This document shows, one piece after another, positions 39,129-49,210 of a DNA stretch of 64,000 nucleotides. The notes under the pieces are model-generated. The model was not told the origin of the DNA and searched no databases. It saw nothing but the letters and a program-made list of their open reading frames with translations. The stretch lies in contig CAWKKR010000011.1 in the NCBI GenBank assembly GCA_963850305.1, forward strand, positions 128,001-192,000. Reading direction: 5' to 3'. Position numbers and translations under genes: made by a program. The stretch is from an uncultured delta proteobacterium. Its GTDB lineage: Bacteria > Myxococcota_A > Polyangia > Polyangiales > Polyangiaceae. Each line of letters opens with the position of its first letter. Position 1 is the stretch's first letter.

Positions 39129-40148
39129 TCATTTGCAGCAACGCACGCCGAGCGAATAGTCGTAATAGTCGTAGCCGTGCACGTCGATGCGGGCGTCGCA
39201 TCCCTCCCGCGTACTCCGCGAGTAGAACCCGCCCAGGAACGTGCCGTCGGGATCGTCAATCCATTCGTCCAGGTTCCCGACCATGTCGTAAATGGCGTCT
39301 GCACCCCACTCGCTCTTGCAATCGGGAGTCGTGCCCGTCGGACGAAGCAACGGCTCGACCCCCTCCGCGACGAGATTCAGGCGAGGATCCATGTGTCCCA
39401 CGGAAGGATCTCCGTGCAGCACGCGCGCCGGATGGGTGCCGCGGAATACGTTGCATCGACCCTCCTGGTACCGGTCGCCGTACGGGAACTTGCGGTTCTT
39501 CGCGCCGCGGCACGCGACCACCCACTCTTCTTCGGTGCAGAGCCGCTTGCCCGCCCGAGCGCACGCCAGCTCCGCCCCCGCGCCACTGAGGTATCCGTTA
39601 GGAACGACGTTCGCGACGGAAGCCGCCATTGGTTCGAAGGATTGGGCTTCGAGCTCCCATAACGGAGGGGCCGGCACGGGCATGGTGCGTCCTTCAATGG
39701 TCTTCGCTAGAGGCATGAGACGCGGCCATCGCTCGAACGCCAGACGCGTCGCGTCGGCGGTCGGGTGATAATACGGGGACAGCGACTGACCGGTGCGCAC
39801 GTCCACGAGCGTCGCTTCGTATCGGTCGACGCAAACGCGTCCCAGGACGTCAACCATGTCCTTCGGACAGCGGCGGTGCGCTGCCGGGGGCGGCGACGGC
39901 ACGGTTGGCGCGAGTGGGAGCTCCGCGCTCGCGTCAGGGAGGTAGAGCGGCCGCGGCCGCGGCGCCGGGGCTGCGTCGCGAGGCGCCGCGCGCGCGCTCG
40001 AAGCAGGCGGTGGACGCTTCTCGGGAGCGCGCGAACACCCGAAGGTCGCGAGGCCCGCCGCGCTCAGCGCGCCGATGGCGGCGCTCGCGAAGAACCGTGC
40101 GCGATCGCCGTGCCATCCGGATCCGCGACGCGACCGCCCGGGGGTCAC
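39129..40148 (-). CDS. SUMF1/FGE-sulfatase family lipoprotein
   Basis: CVDRYE, GKRLCTEEEW, YDMVGNLDEW, GVRCC. Confidence 0.85.
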   Translation of the reverse strand: MTPGRSRRGSGWHGDRARFFASAAIGALSAAGLATFGCSRAPEKRPPPASSARAAPRDAAPAPRPRPLYLPDASAELPLAPTVPSPPPAAHRRCPKDMVDVLGRVCVDRYEATLVDVRTGQSLSPYYHPTADATRLAFERWPRLMPLAKTIEGRTMPVPAPPLWELEAQSFEPMAASVANVVPNGYLSGAGAELACARAGKRLCTEEEWVVACRGAKNRKFPYGDRYQEGRCNVFRGTHPARVLHGDPSVGHMDPRLNLVAEGVEPLLRPTGTTPDCKSEWGADAIYDMVGNLDEWIDDPDGTFLGGFYSRSTREGCDARIDVHGYDYYDYSLGVRCCK

Positions 40149-40366
40149 TTCCCGCGATAGACGATGAGTCCGTGAGACAGGTCGTACGGAGAAACCGCGA
40201 CGCGCACACGATCTCCGGGAAGCACACGGATGTGATGGCGGCGCATACGACCCGACAGCTGAGCGCGCACCATGGCACCCCCCTGATCGACCTTGATCGT
40301 GTACTGGCCACCGCCGAGGGCGTCTTGAATGACGCCTTCCATCTCGAGAAGGTCACCCTTACTCAT
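40145..40366 (-). CDS. infA: Translation initiation factor IF-1
   Basis: SGRMRRHHIRVLPGDRV...SPYDL..GLIVYR. Confidence 0.95.
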   Translation of the reverse strand: MSKGDLLEMEGVIQDALGGGQYTIKVDQGGAMVRAQLSGRMRRHHIRVLPGDRVRVAVSPYDLSHGLIVYRGK

Positions 40367-40475
40367 GTTTTAGGAGCTCGAAACATCTTCAAAAAAGCCG
40401 CGCGGAAGCTCCCATAGCCCCGGCGGGAGCGCAAGATGGCACAAGGGCGGCGGTTCGGCTAGCGTCCGCGGGCGT

Positions 40476-41169
40476 TTGTTTCCCGCGACGATCTTCGACT
40501 ACAACGGCGTGCTGGTGGACGACGAGCTCGTTCACCTCGCCTCCTTTCAGGATGTCCTCGGCACGCTCGGCCTCACGTTGTCGGAGGCCGACTACTGGGA
40601 GAGGTATCTGGGTTTCGACGACCGGGGCGCGTTCGAAGCCATCCTCATCGACAACGGCCGCAGCGCCTCCGAGGCGGAGGTGCGTCGTCTCGTGGAAGCC
40701 AAGCGGCCGAGTTATCTCGCGCGGGCCCGTGACGGCCTCCGGACCTTTCCTGGAGCGGGCGAGCTCGTACGGCGGCGGGCGGCGGGCGGCCCGGTCGTCA
40801 TCGTTTCGGGGGCGCTCCGCCCGGAGATCGAGCACGGCCTGTCGGTTCTCGGCGTCTCGGCCTCCGTGGCCGCGATCGTCTCGGCGGAAGACACGACGCG
40901 CTCCAAGCCGGACAGCGAAGGCTACGTGCTCGGCGTCCAGGCGCTCGCCCGGCACATCGACCGAGCTGCGGCTGCCCGCGCCGTGGTGATCGAAGATTCG
41001 ATCTCCGGTGTGGAGGCAGCCAAGGCCGCCGGCCTCGCGTGCGTCGCGGTCGGGCACAGTTATCCCCTGCCGGACCTGGCGCGCGCCGGCGCCGATCTCG
41101 ACGGTTCCGAAGATCTCGGACGTCACTGACGAAGCGCTCGACGCATTGTGTCGTCGTGTGAACAGGTGA
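40476..41169 (+). CDS. HAD family phosphatase, probable frameshift at ~41100
   Basis: DYNGVLVD, SKPD, IEDS; alternative frame TVPKISDV...VNR ends in TGA overlapping next ATG at 41169. Confidence 0.8.
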
Positions 41170-42329
41170 TGCCGAGGCGAGCTCCTGCGATCGCACTCGC
41201 CGTCTTGTTGGCGGCTGCGACGGCGAACGGGGAACACCCGGTACCGCTGGGCCGCGGAGAAACCGCCTGGCGTGACTCGGCGAGGGGCGCCATCCGCGGC
41301 CTGACGATCGGCCCCATCGAGAGCAGCTTGCATCCGGGAAAGGGCTACGGCACGGCAGCATGCGCGCGCGCGATGGACGATGCGCGGAGGATGGGCGCCA
41401 ACTGGGTCAGCCTGACGCCATTCGGTCGAACGTGGGACCTTGCGCCGTCGGGCGTCGATCCGACGTTCGAGGCGCCGTTCGCGGTCAACCGGATAGCGGT
41501 CGCCCGGGCCGTGCAGCAAGCGCACACGCAAGGCCTGCGGGTGCTGCTTGTTCCGCACCTATGGGTCGAAACCGGCGGATGGCGCGCGCTGATCGACCCG
41601 GGCACCGACGCCGCCTGGGAAGAATGGGCCGCAGGATACCGAAGGTTCGTGCTCGGCTGGGCGAGAGTGGCGCAATCGTCCGGCGTAGACATGTTCGCGA
41701 TCGGCGTCGAGATGCGAAACTTCGCGACGACCACGCACGCGCCGCTCCTGTCGAGCATCATTCGCGATATCCGCCACGTCTACGACGGCTTGCTGACCTA
41801 CGCCGCGAACTGGGACGACGTGGACGACACCGTCATCCTGGGCGACCTCGACGTGATCGGCGTGAACGCCTTCTTCCCGCTCTCGGATCGACATGGTGCG
41901 ACGTTCGCCGAGCTCGAAAAGGGTGGGCAGGATGCTGCTGCGAAGATGCGAACGCTCGCCGAAACCTGGCACAAGCCAATCGTCTTCACCGAGATCGGCT
42001 ACACGAACCGGAAGGACGCGGCCGTCGAACCCTGGACCTGGCCCGACGCCATGAAAGACGTGACCACCGACCCCGTCTCGCAAGCGGAATCCTTCGCGGC
42101 CCTGCTGGCTCCGTTCGTCGCCGAGCCGTGGTTCGCCGGATTTTTCGTGTGGCGCGTCTACGCTGATCCAGATGACATGTCCCAGGAGGCGGAGTGGGGG
42201 TTCTCGCCGCGCGGAAAGCTCGCGGAACTCGTGGTTCGCGACGCCTTCGCCGCGCGCTGGGCTGCCGATGGGCCGACCCCGTCACCGGGGAGCATCTTCA
42301 CGCCGAGAGCGTCCATCGTGGGCTTCTGA
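41169..42329 (+). CDS. Glycoside hydrolase family 113-like protein
   Basis: IGVEM, TYAANW, IGVNAFFPL, FTEIGY, GFFVW. Confidence 0.8.
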   Translation: MPRRAPAIALAVLLAAATANGEHPVPLGRGETAWRDSARGAIRGLTIGPIESSLHPGKGYGTAACARAMDDARRMGANWVSLTPFGRTWDLAPSGVDPTFEAPFAVNRIAVARAVQQAHTQGLRVLLVPHLWVETGGWRALIDPGTDAAWEEWAAGYRRFVLGWARVAQSSGVDMFAIGVEMRNFATTTHAPLLSSIIRDIRHVYDGLLTYAANWDDVDDTVILGDLDVIGVNAFFPLSDRHGATFAELEKGGQDAAAKMRTLAETWHKPIVFTEIGYTNRKDAAVEPWTWPDAMKDVTTDPVSQAESFAALLAPFVAEPWFAGFFVWRVYADPDDMSQEAEWGFSPRGKLAELVVRDAFAARWAADGPTPSPGSIFTPRASIVGF

Positions 42330-42349
42330 AGATACCTTCGAGTGCGAGC

Positions 42350-43366
42350 TCACCCCATCGGATACGGGATTTCCTTCGTGATCTCGTCGCAGGCAAAAAG
42401 TGCGGCATCGGGAATCTTCACGCTCGACGCGCGCAACAGGTCCGGGAGTTGCTCGACTTTCGTGACACCGACGATTGTCGAGCCCACGAACTCCCTCGAG
42501 AGCGTCCACGCTACCGCAAACGTGGCCACGGGCATGTCGCACTCCCCGGAAAGCTTTGCGATGCGCTCGGTCGTCGCAAGGGTCTTCTCGTTCACGAAAC
42601 GCCGCGTCATGGTCTCACCGCGGTGCCCCCCGTGGCGATACATGGAAAAACGAGCACCGTCAGGCCATTTGCCGCCCTGGTATTTCCCGCTGAGGACTCC
42701 GCCGGCGAGCGGGCTGTACGGCAACAGGCTGACCGACTCCCTGCGGCAGACGTTCTTGAGCTCGTCTTCGAAACGGCGATTGCAAATGCTGAAGTTGTTC
42801 TGGATCGTCTCGTAGCGCGAAAGTCCTTCGTACTCGGAGATCACGAGGGATCTGGTGAGACCGTAAGCGGTCTCGTTCGAACACCCCACGTAACGAACCT
42901 TTCCCGACCGGACGACGCTTTCCAGCGCGCGCAGGGTTTCGTCGATCGGGAAATCCGGATCGGGCCAGTGCGTCTGGTAGAGATCCACGTAATCGGTGCC
43001 GAGGCGGCGCAGGCTGCCCTCGATCGCGCGCTCGATGTTGTGTGCATCGAGCGTCCCCTTCCCGGACCGAACGGGCGTCTTGAACCAGCCGCCGCTCGGA
43101 CCCGCGACTTTCGTCGCGATGACGAGTGAGTCTCGCTTCTTGCTCGAGACGAACCGTCCGACAATCTCCTCCGACCGCCCGGCGTAGTCGTCGAGCGGGG
43201 GCACTGGATAAATTTCGGCGACGTCGAAGAAATCGACGCCCCCGTCGTACGCACGCTCGAGGATCGCCAGGCTCGTTGCTTCGTCGGCCATGCTGCCGAA
43301 CGTCATCGTACCGAGGCAGATCTCCGAAACCGTGAGGCCCGTTTTCCCGAGGCGGCGATACTTCAT
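42350..43366 (-). CDS. Aldo/keto reductase (Tas-like)
   Basis: LGTMTFG, DVAEIY, DLYQTHWP, YSPLAGG. Confidence 0.92.
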   Translation of the reverse strand: MKYRRLGKTGLTVSEICLGTMTFGSMADEATSLAILERAYDGGVDFFDVAEIYPVPPLDDYAGRSEEIVGRFVSSKKRDSLVIATKVAGPSGGWFKTPVRSGKGTLDAHNIERAIEGSLRRLGTDYVDLYQTHWPDPDFPIDETLRALESVVRSGKVRYVGCSNETAYGLTRSLVISEYEGLSRYETIQNNFSICNRRFEDELKNVCRRESVSLLPYSPLAGGVLSGKYQGGKWPDGARFSMYRHGGHRGETMTRRFVNEKTLATTERIAKLSGECDMPVATFAVAWTLSREFVGSTIVGVTKVEQLPDLLRASSVKIPDAALFACDEITKEIPYPMG

Positions 43367-43397
43367 GGTGTGTCACCCAGGCTACCGCAGAAAGCGC

Positions 43398-44006
43398 TCA
43401 AGCCCAGGCGCGACCGTAGGCCGGCCGCTCTTTGAGTCGGGTGAGGTACTCGGCAACATTTCGAAACTCCGCCGGAAGTTCGCCCGTGATCCTCGCCATG
43501 ACGATGCCATAGGACACCATGATGTCGGCGGCGCTGAACTCGGACCCCGTGATGTAAGCCCTCTGTCCGAGCGTCAGCTCGACGAGCTCGATCGCCGCGC
43601 GAAGGTGCGCCCTGGATTCCGTGACCACGTCCGCGAGGCGCGTGGCCTCGGTCTTGCCGAAGCGATTCCTCACGATCATCGTCATGTATACGGCAAGCGA
43701 CGCCTCGCCGAAGTGAAACCACTTCAGATACTCCGCCCGCTCGTTCGTTGCTGGAGGCGGAGCGAGCCGCCCGTTTCCGTAGCGCTCCAGCAGGAACTCG
43801 AGGATCGCACCGGACTCGAACATCACGATCCCGTCGATCTCGACCGCCGGGACCTGCCCGAGCGGGTGCAGCTTCAGATGAGCGGGGCTTCTCAGCGATT
43901 CGGGCGTGAACTCGACCTTCGCCAGCTCGTACGGCACTCCGAGCTCTTCGAGCAACCAGATGACTCTCGCGGACCTCGTGCGACGCGCGTGATGAATCCT
44001 GATCAT
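43398..44006 (-). CDS. Glutathione S-transferase
   Basis: RSARVIWLLEEL, HPLGQVP, ESGAI, FSAADI. Confidence 0.92.
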   Translation of the reverse strand: MIRIHHARRTRSARVIWLLEELGVPYELAKVEFTPESLRSPAHLKLHPLGQVPAVEIDGIVMFESGAILEFLLERYGNGRLAPPPATNERAEYLKWFHFGEASLAVYMTMIVRNRFGKTEATRLADVVTESRAHLRAAIELVELTLGQRAYITGSEFSAADIMVSYGIVMARITGELPAEFRNVAEYLTRLKERPAYGRAWA

Positions 44007-44088
44007 CTTCACCGGATGCTCGCAGAACCCGCGGCACCGGTCATCCACCGACGCGACTTTCCGCAGCAAAGATGCCGCGAGCTATCGG

Positions 44089-44631
44089 TCAGATGGCGTC
44101 CGGCCCCGAGTCGCTGACGGAGCCGTCCGTCGACGCGTCGGGCATCGCGCCGCCGGTCCCCGCGTCCGTGCCGCCACTTCCCGCGTCCATTCCGCCGCTT
44201 CCCGCATCCGTGCCGCCACTGCCCGTCGCGCCGCCGCTTCCCGCATCCGCGCCGCCGCTGCCCGTCGCGCCGCCGCTTCCCGCGTCCGCGCCGCCGTTGC
44301 CCGTCGCGCCGCCGTTGCCCGTCGCGCCGCCACTGCCCGTCGCGCCGCCACTGCCCGCATCCGCGCCACCGCTGCCCGCATCCGCGCCACCGCTGCCCGA
44401 GTCGACGCTCTCGGTACCACCCGCGGCCAGAGTGTGGCCGCCGGTTCCGTTGCTGCCGCCGGACGAAGAAGCGCCGCCCGCCCCCGAGTTGCTCGACCCG
44501 CCGGTTTCCGCGCCGCCACCCGCCCCGGAGTCCACCGTTCCGGGCGGTTGCGAGGATGATGACGAGCCGCAGGCCGTCATTGCGGGGCTAGCAAGAAATC
44601 CGAGGACCAGTGCACATGCAAAGCGGTTCAT
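44089..44631 (-). CDS. Gly/Ser-rich low-complexity lipoprotein
   Basis: Lipobox MTAC; GSGGAT/GSGGADA tandem units. Confidence 0.65.
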   Translation of the reverse strand: MNRFACALVLGFLASPAMTACGSSSSSQPPGTVDSGAGGGAETGGSSNSGAGGASSSGGSNGTGGHTLAAGGTESVDSGSGGADAGSGGADAGSGGATGSGGATGNGGATGNGGADAGSGGATGSGGADAGSGGATGSGGTDAGSGGMDAGSGGTDAGTGGAMPDASTDGSVSDSGPDAI

Positions 44632-44718
44632 CGACCCACCTGAATGGTTGAAAGTTGAGCCAGGACCGTAACACGGCACTGCGTGAGCTGAACCAGATCC
44701 GTCACACGAATTTATTAT

Positions 44719-46986
44719 TTAATAATTCGCGGTGTCGACGTGGATACCGTGCGGTAACGCGAGCGGTACCTTCACGACGTCGCTCGGCCCTCCCCGAAGG
44801 TATTCGTAGCGTGCGAGATTGCCGAGCACGCGCGCGACATAACCGCGAGTCTCGGCAAACGGGATTCGGGCGACCCAGACGTCCAGCGGCAGCTCCTCGC
44901 CCGTTTCCAGCCAGCGTGAAACGGCGCGCGGCCCGGCGTTGTACGCGGCGACCGCGAGCGCAATGTGACCATCGAAGGTCGCGAGCATCTTCTGCAAATA
45001 GAAAGCACCGAGCTCGACGTTGTACGCGGGCATCTTGAGGAGGGTCGGGTCCGGATCCAGGCCGAGCTCCTTGGCGGCCAGCGTGGCGGTCGTCGGCAGA
45101 ATCTGAAGGAGCCCGATGGCGTTCGCCGTCGAGACGATCCCCGTCTTGAAGGCGCTTTCCTGTCGCATGACGGCATGCACGAGCCCGTACGGGAGGGCGT
45201 GCGTCGATTCCGCGATGCGTACCTCGTCCGCAAAGGGCGTCGGATAGACACAATCCCACGCCCATCGCGTCGCGTCGGTCGGGTCGCGTTCGAGTGCGCG
45301 ACTCGTCACCGCAACGCGTCCCGCGCGATAGCGCTCGTAACCCGAGCCTATTTCCGCATATTCCTGGCAGAGCGCCTCGTATCCGCGCGGCGCATACCGC
45401 GCGATGATCTCGGGCTCGTGACGCGCAAGCTCCTCCTCGGCGTCGAGGGTCAGGCCCAGTCGGTCGAGCACCACCACCTTGTCCGGCAATTCGACCGGGG
45501 GCGGCGGCGCACCTTTCGGCGGAGGGTCGCCGGCAGCGGCAGACGCCCCGGCAGAGCCCAGTGCGGTGAGCCGCGCTTCCGCGACGAGCGCCGGATACGT
45601 GAGCGGACTTTCGCGAATCACGCGCTCGAGCGCGGCAACGGCCGCATCGCGGCGGCCATCCTCGGCGAGCGCGGCGCCAAATAGTTCTTCGAGACTCCCT
45701 CGCTCCAGCGGGTCGTTCTCCCGGATCGCGAGATCTTCGAAGAGGGACGCTGCCTCCGCCGGATGCTTCGACGCCAGCAGCGTAAGTCCGAGCTCCCGCC
45801 GGACGACCTCGGTAAAGCGACCCGGGTGCCGCGCCGGATGCGAAGCCAGGTAAGCGCGATAGCCCTTCGCGGCCTCGTCCCATCGTCCCAGCAGAAACGC
45901 GAGGCGAGCGGCTTGATACCGCGCCTCTTCGGCAAATGGACTGGTCGGAAAGCGTTTGACGAGGGAATCGTAACGGGTGATGGCCGTCGCGTCGTCCTGC
46001 GCGCGAGAGAGGGCGCGGGCCGCGAGAAACTCGTCATGGCTCGCTTCCTTCGAGTCCACCTTCGCCGCCTGCTCGAGAAGAGTGGCGGCTTTCGCATAGT
46101 CCTTCCGCGACGCGAAGCACGCGAGCCCGCGCGCGCGAAGCAGCTCGGCCGGCGCGGGTTTCACGCCCGGACCCGTGGCGGCGGCGTCGATGGACCGCAG
46201 AGCCTCGTCGAGGAGCCCCGCTTCGGCGAGTTTCTTGGCGCGCGTGAGCTCCTGGTCGGACGTCAACCGAGCCTTGGTCGGAAGCGCGGCGAGGTCGGCA
46301 TCGGCGACCAGACCGGCGGCCGATGCGGGGGCGACCACCGCAAGCCAGCGCAGATCCGTCTCGGCCGTGACGAAATCTTTCGTCGCGAGCGCGACCTTGG
46401 CGCGAAGCGAGCGCGCGCGAACGCGGAGGGTCGTTGCCCGTTCATCGTCGGCGGACCCGATCATCCGCAGTGCGCGATCGAGCATGGTGCGAGCGCTGGA
46501 CGGATCGCCGGCCCGCTCGTAGGCGAGCGCCGCCATGACGAGCGACTCCGCGTCAGCACGAGTCGCGAAGAACCGCGCAGCGTCCAGGTAGGGACCGATC
46601 GCGAGAGCGCATTCCGCTCGATCGTGCCGGATCTCGTCGGAGAACATAGGCAACGACGCATCCAGACCGGAGAGCTCACTTGCCGCCCGCGTGAAATCGG
46701 AGAGCTCCATCGCCGCCCGCGCACGCGCATAGCGGACCTCCGGGCTCGCCGCCCGCGAAGGCGGCAGCCGATCCATCTCCAGCGCTGCCTCGCGGAAATC
46801 TCCGTTCCTGAGCGCCTGCACCCAATCCTCGGCGAGAAGCGGCTTGGGGGCCGCCGCGCTCGAGACCGTCCGAAGCGCGAGCGCACCGGACGCCACGGGT
46901 CCCGGAGTACGGGTCACCGCCGGAGACTCCCGACAGGCGACGAGTAACATGCCGAACGCCAGCGCGCGCGCGGCAGGTCGGTACAT
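44719..46986 (-). CDS. slt: TPR-containing soluble lytic murein transglycosylase lipoprotein
   Basis: Lipobox LVAC; TPR helices; RQES, GLLQ, AYNAG, ETRGYV. Confidence 0.88.
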   Translation of the reverse strand: MYRPAARALAFGMLLVACRESPAVTRTPGPVASGALALRTVSSAAAPKPLLAEDWVQALRNGDFREAALEMDRLPPSRAASPEVRYARARAAMELSDFTRAASELSGLDASLPMFSDEIRHDRAECALAIGPYLDAARFFATRADAESLVMAALAYERAGDPSSARTMLDRALRMIGSADDERATTLRVRARSLRAKVALATKDFVTAETDLRWLAVVAPASAAGLVADADLAALPTKARLTSDQELTRAKKLAEAGLLDEALRSIDAAATGPGVKPAPAELLRARGLACFASRKDYAKAATLLEQAAKVDSKEASHDEFLAARALSRAQDDATAITRYDSLVKRFPTSPFAEEARYQAARLAFLLGRWDEAAKGYRAYLASHPARHPGRFTEVVRRELGLTLLASKHPAEAASLFEDLAIRENDPLERGSLEELFGAALAEDGRRDAAVAALERVIRESPLTYPALVAEARLTALGSAGASAAAGDPPPKGAPPPPVELPDKVVVLDRLGLTLDAEEELARHEPEIIARYAPRGYEALCQEYAEIGSGYERYRAGRVAVTSRALERDPTDATRWAWDCVYPTPFADEVRIAESTHALPYGLVHAVMRQESAFKTGIVSTANAIGLLQILPTTATLAAKELGLDPDPTLLKMPAYNVELGAFYLQKMLATFDGHIALAVAAYNAGPRAVSRWLETGEELPLDVWVARIPFAETRGYVARVLGNLARYEYLRGGPSDVVKVPLALPHGIHVDTANY

Positions 46987-47035
46987 GGCGGTACCCGTAC
47001 CATGAACCCGCGGCCGAAGCCTGCGCCGAGGGCCC

Positions 47036-47135
47036 AAGCTTCGTGAGCAGCGGAAGGTTTCCCAGGTCGCGCCCGCCTCGACGCTCGGAGTGAAGCAGCC
47101 TACGGTCTCGAAGATCGAGCGGCGTGAGGACGTGG
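47036..47135 (+). pseudogene. XRE-family HTH fragment (HigA-like remnant)
   Basis: KLREQRKVSQVAPASTLGVKQPTVSKIERRED with no proper start. Confidence 0.6.
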
Positions 47136-47379
47136 AACGATCAGACCTTCGCGCGGGATCTGGACCAGCTCATCGAGTGGGGCTCCTCGAACGTGGTTCG
47201 AATATCGCCTCTCGATGCGTAGCTCCGGTCAGGGAGACACGGAGCTCACGCGTGAGCTCCGCCCTCGGCTCGGGCGGCGAGCAGGGCGGCCCCAATGACC
47301 TCCCCGTCCTTTCGCTCGCCAAGCTCATGTTCGACAACGGCACGGCGATTTGACGCGGAGTTCCGGCCGAGAAGTGGGG

Positions 47380-48033
47380 TCAAACCACTACGAACTCGCG
47401 CTCGGGAAGCAGGACGGCGGTCAGTCTACCATCGGGAAGTAACCCGCATCCGGTGTCGAGGCAGATCAGATGCTCGCTCACGAACGGCCCCCTCCGCTGC
47501 ACGTAGTGGCCGCAGACCACGAGCGCTCGTGGACGGCTCGTCGCTCCGAAGATAGGCCAGCCGTCTTCGGACGCTAGGGTCGCTCGGTCTCGCGCACACG
47601 GTCTGGCAGGATCGAAGCCAGCGTGGCTTACGAGTAGCTCATCTGATTCCCAGAACGCTTTGAGTGCAGACAAGAACTTCAGGTGCGCCGGAGGGAAGGC
47701 CCTCACGAACGCGGCGTGCACGTCCCCCGACACAACGGGGAGGTAGGACGCTAGCGTTGCCAGGCCACCGGTTCTCGCGAAGCGGCCAAAATCCCCGTCC
47801 TCGATGTACCGCAACAGCGCGAGATCATGATTGCCACAGAGGAACGTGAAACGATCGGGAGCGGCCTGTGCCAGTCCAACCAGCCTGTCGAGCACCTTCG
47901 CGGAATCGGGGCCCCCATCCACGTAATCCCCGACGAACACGACGTGCCGTGTGTCGAACTGGAGGCGATTCAGCATCTCGTCAACGCGCCCGACGTGTCC
48001 ATGCACGTCGCCAACGACGGCCAGCGGCTCCAT
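47380..48033 (-). CDS. PPP/ApaH-like calcineurin-family metallophosphoesterase
   Basis: GDVHG, GDYVDGG, GNHD, HAG, GH, LDTG; ATG overlaps upstream TGA. Confidence 0.9.
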   Translation of the reverse strand: MEPLAVVGDVHGHVGRVDEMLNRLQFDTRHVVFVGDYVDGGPDSAKVLDRLVGLAQAAPDRFTFLCGNHDLALLRYIEDGDFGRFARTGGLATLASYLPVVSGDVHAAFVRAFPPAHLKFLSALKAFWESDELLVSHAGFDPARPCARDRATLASEDGWPIFGATSRPRALVVCGHYVQRRGPFVSEHLICLDTGCGLLPDGRLTAVLLPEREFVVV

Positions 48034-48821
48034 CACGCCCACCAGCGAGCCGGAGCCGTAGCGTAGTGAATCGGCCGCTCCGCGGTCGCCAGGCGTAAGG
48101 CGATGCTCGACGCAAGCGGAAACACGCGATGGCAGCTAACTGCAAGCCCTTCGAGGCTGCCGAAAGGATTTGGGAGCACGCCATCGAGGTAGCGATCGAG
48201 GTACACGAACGATTGCGTCCAGATCTGCTCCGGCCGCATGCGGCCGACTCGCGCATCCTCCAGAAATGCGCCCAGATCCGCGTCTCGAAGCACACGCGCG
48301 ACCGCCGGTATGGCGAAGACTGGAACGCCCCGCTGCAGGCACCTGAGGTAGACCACCGAACGAACAAGAAACAGCGCGGTCGCCGCCACGTCTAGCACTC
48401 GCCCCGGCGCGATTGGACGCGGAAGGTCGAGGGCTGCTGTCGCCGCGCGCATCCCCGCTATCGTGCGTTCGAAATCGGGCATCTCCCACGCCGCGAAGAT
48501 GCGAGTGAACGAGCCGTGAACATCCTTCAGGACACGGGACTCTTGTTTGAGGTGGAGGACGAACAGGCTGCCGCTGCGTGCCGCGTCAGCCAGATCGTCT
48601 TCCTGGTAGACCGTGAGCGAAACATGCCCCCCCTGCTCTTGCTCCTCGGGCCGAGCATCGATAGCAACGACATCGACGTCCGAGTCGGGCCGAGCATCTC
48701 CGCGGGCCACGCTGCCGTACACCGCCACGGATGGCCGGATTGCAACAACCTGGCGCACCTCCGCGATGGCCGAAAGGGGCATGTCGGGCGGGTCGGCCTC
48801 GCGGAGGGCTTCCACGGACAT
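48033..48821 (-). CDS. Pol-beta superfamily nucleotidyltransferase with helical C-terminal lobe (possibly HalB-like)
   Basis: YGSVARGDARPDSDVD; GSLFVLHLKQE; 262 aa; C-terminal Tyr. Confidence 0.75.
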   Translation of the reverse strand: MSVEALREADPPDMPLSAIAEVRQVVAIRPSVAVYGSVARGDARPDSDVDVVAIDARPEEQEQGGHVSLTVYQEDDLADAARSGSLFVLHLKQESRVLKDVHGSFTRIFAAWEMPDFERTIAGMRAATAALDLPRPIAPGRVLDVAATALFLVRSVVYLRCLQRGVPVFAIPAVARVLRDADLGAFLEDARVGRMRPEQIWTQSFVYLDRYLDGVLPNPFGSLEGLAVSCHRVFPLASSIALRLATAERPIHYATAPARWWA

Positions 48822-48847
48822 GCGTTTAGCATGATACGCTGTCGTTC
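48822..48847. promoter_or_regulatory. Overlapping divergent leaderless -10 elements
   Basis: + strand TGaTACGCT 7 nt before GTG 48848; - strand TATCAT 9 nt before ATG 48821. Confidence 0.55.
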
Positions 48848-49210
48848 GTGAGGTACTGGCCGAACCCCGCGCACAAGGAAGAAACGACGGAGGCGGGCCC
48901 TCCGGAGTGGAACCCGGACAAGGAGAAATGTCCACGAAGCATGACCGTCGAAGAGCGCGTGGCGTTGCTTGAGGCATCAGTCGCGATCGAGGAGGGAAAT
49001 CCCCGCTCGAGGCGGTTCGCGCTGCGCCGCTCGGAACGCGGGCTGGAAGTGTTCGACATCAAGCACACCCGCGATGTGGCGGGGGAACCCGAGTTCCACG
49101 GGCATCCCGCGTCACGCGTCGACGCGACCGTCCTCAAACGCTGGCGCAACGGCGGCCTCATCACGGACGCCGAGTACAATCGCCTCCGGCGCGAGCTTCC
49201 GGGATGCTGA
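48848..49210 (+). CDS. Small hypothetical protein, putative toxin
   Basis: 120 aa; NPAHK...CP...RRFA...FHGHP pattern; overlaps next gene by 7 nt. Confidence 0.7.
   Translation: MRYWPNPAHKEETTEAGPPEWNPDKEKCPRSMTVEERVALLEASVAIEEGNPRSRRFALRRSERGLEVFDIKHTRDVAGEPEFHGHPASRVDATVLKRWRNGGLITDAEYNRLRRELPGC

Noticed and set aside
44100..44400. Non-coding tandem repeat or Pro-rich + strand ORF 44072-44671
   Set aside because: Explained by the Gly-rich lipoprotein on the - strand
47380..48821. CBASS or MNT-HEPN assignment
   Set aside because: NTase lacks evident CD-NTase size and motifs and Cap genes; partner is not a HEPN protein
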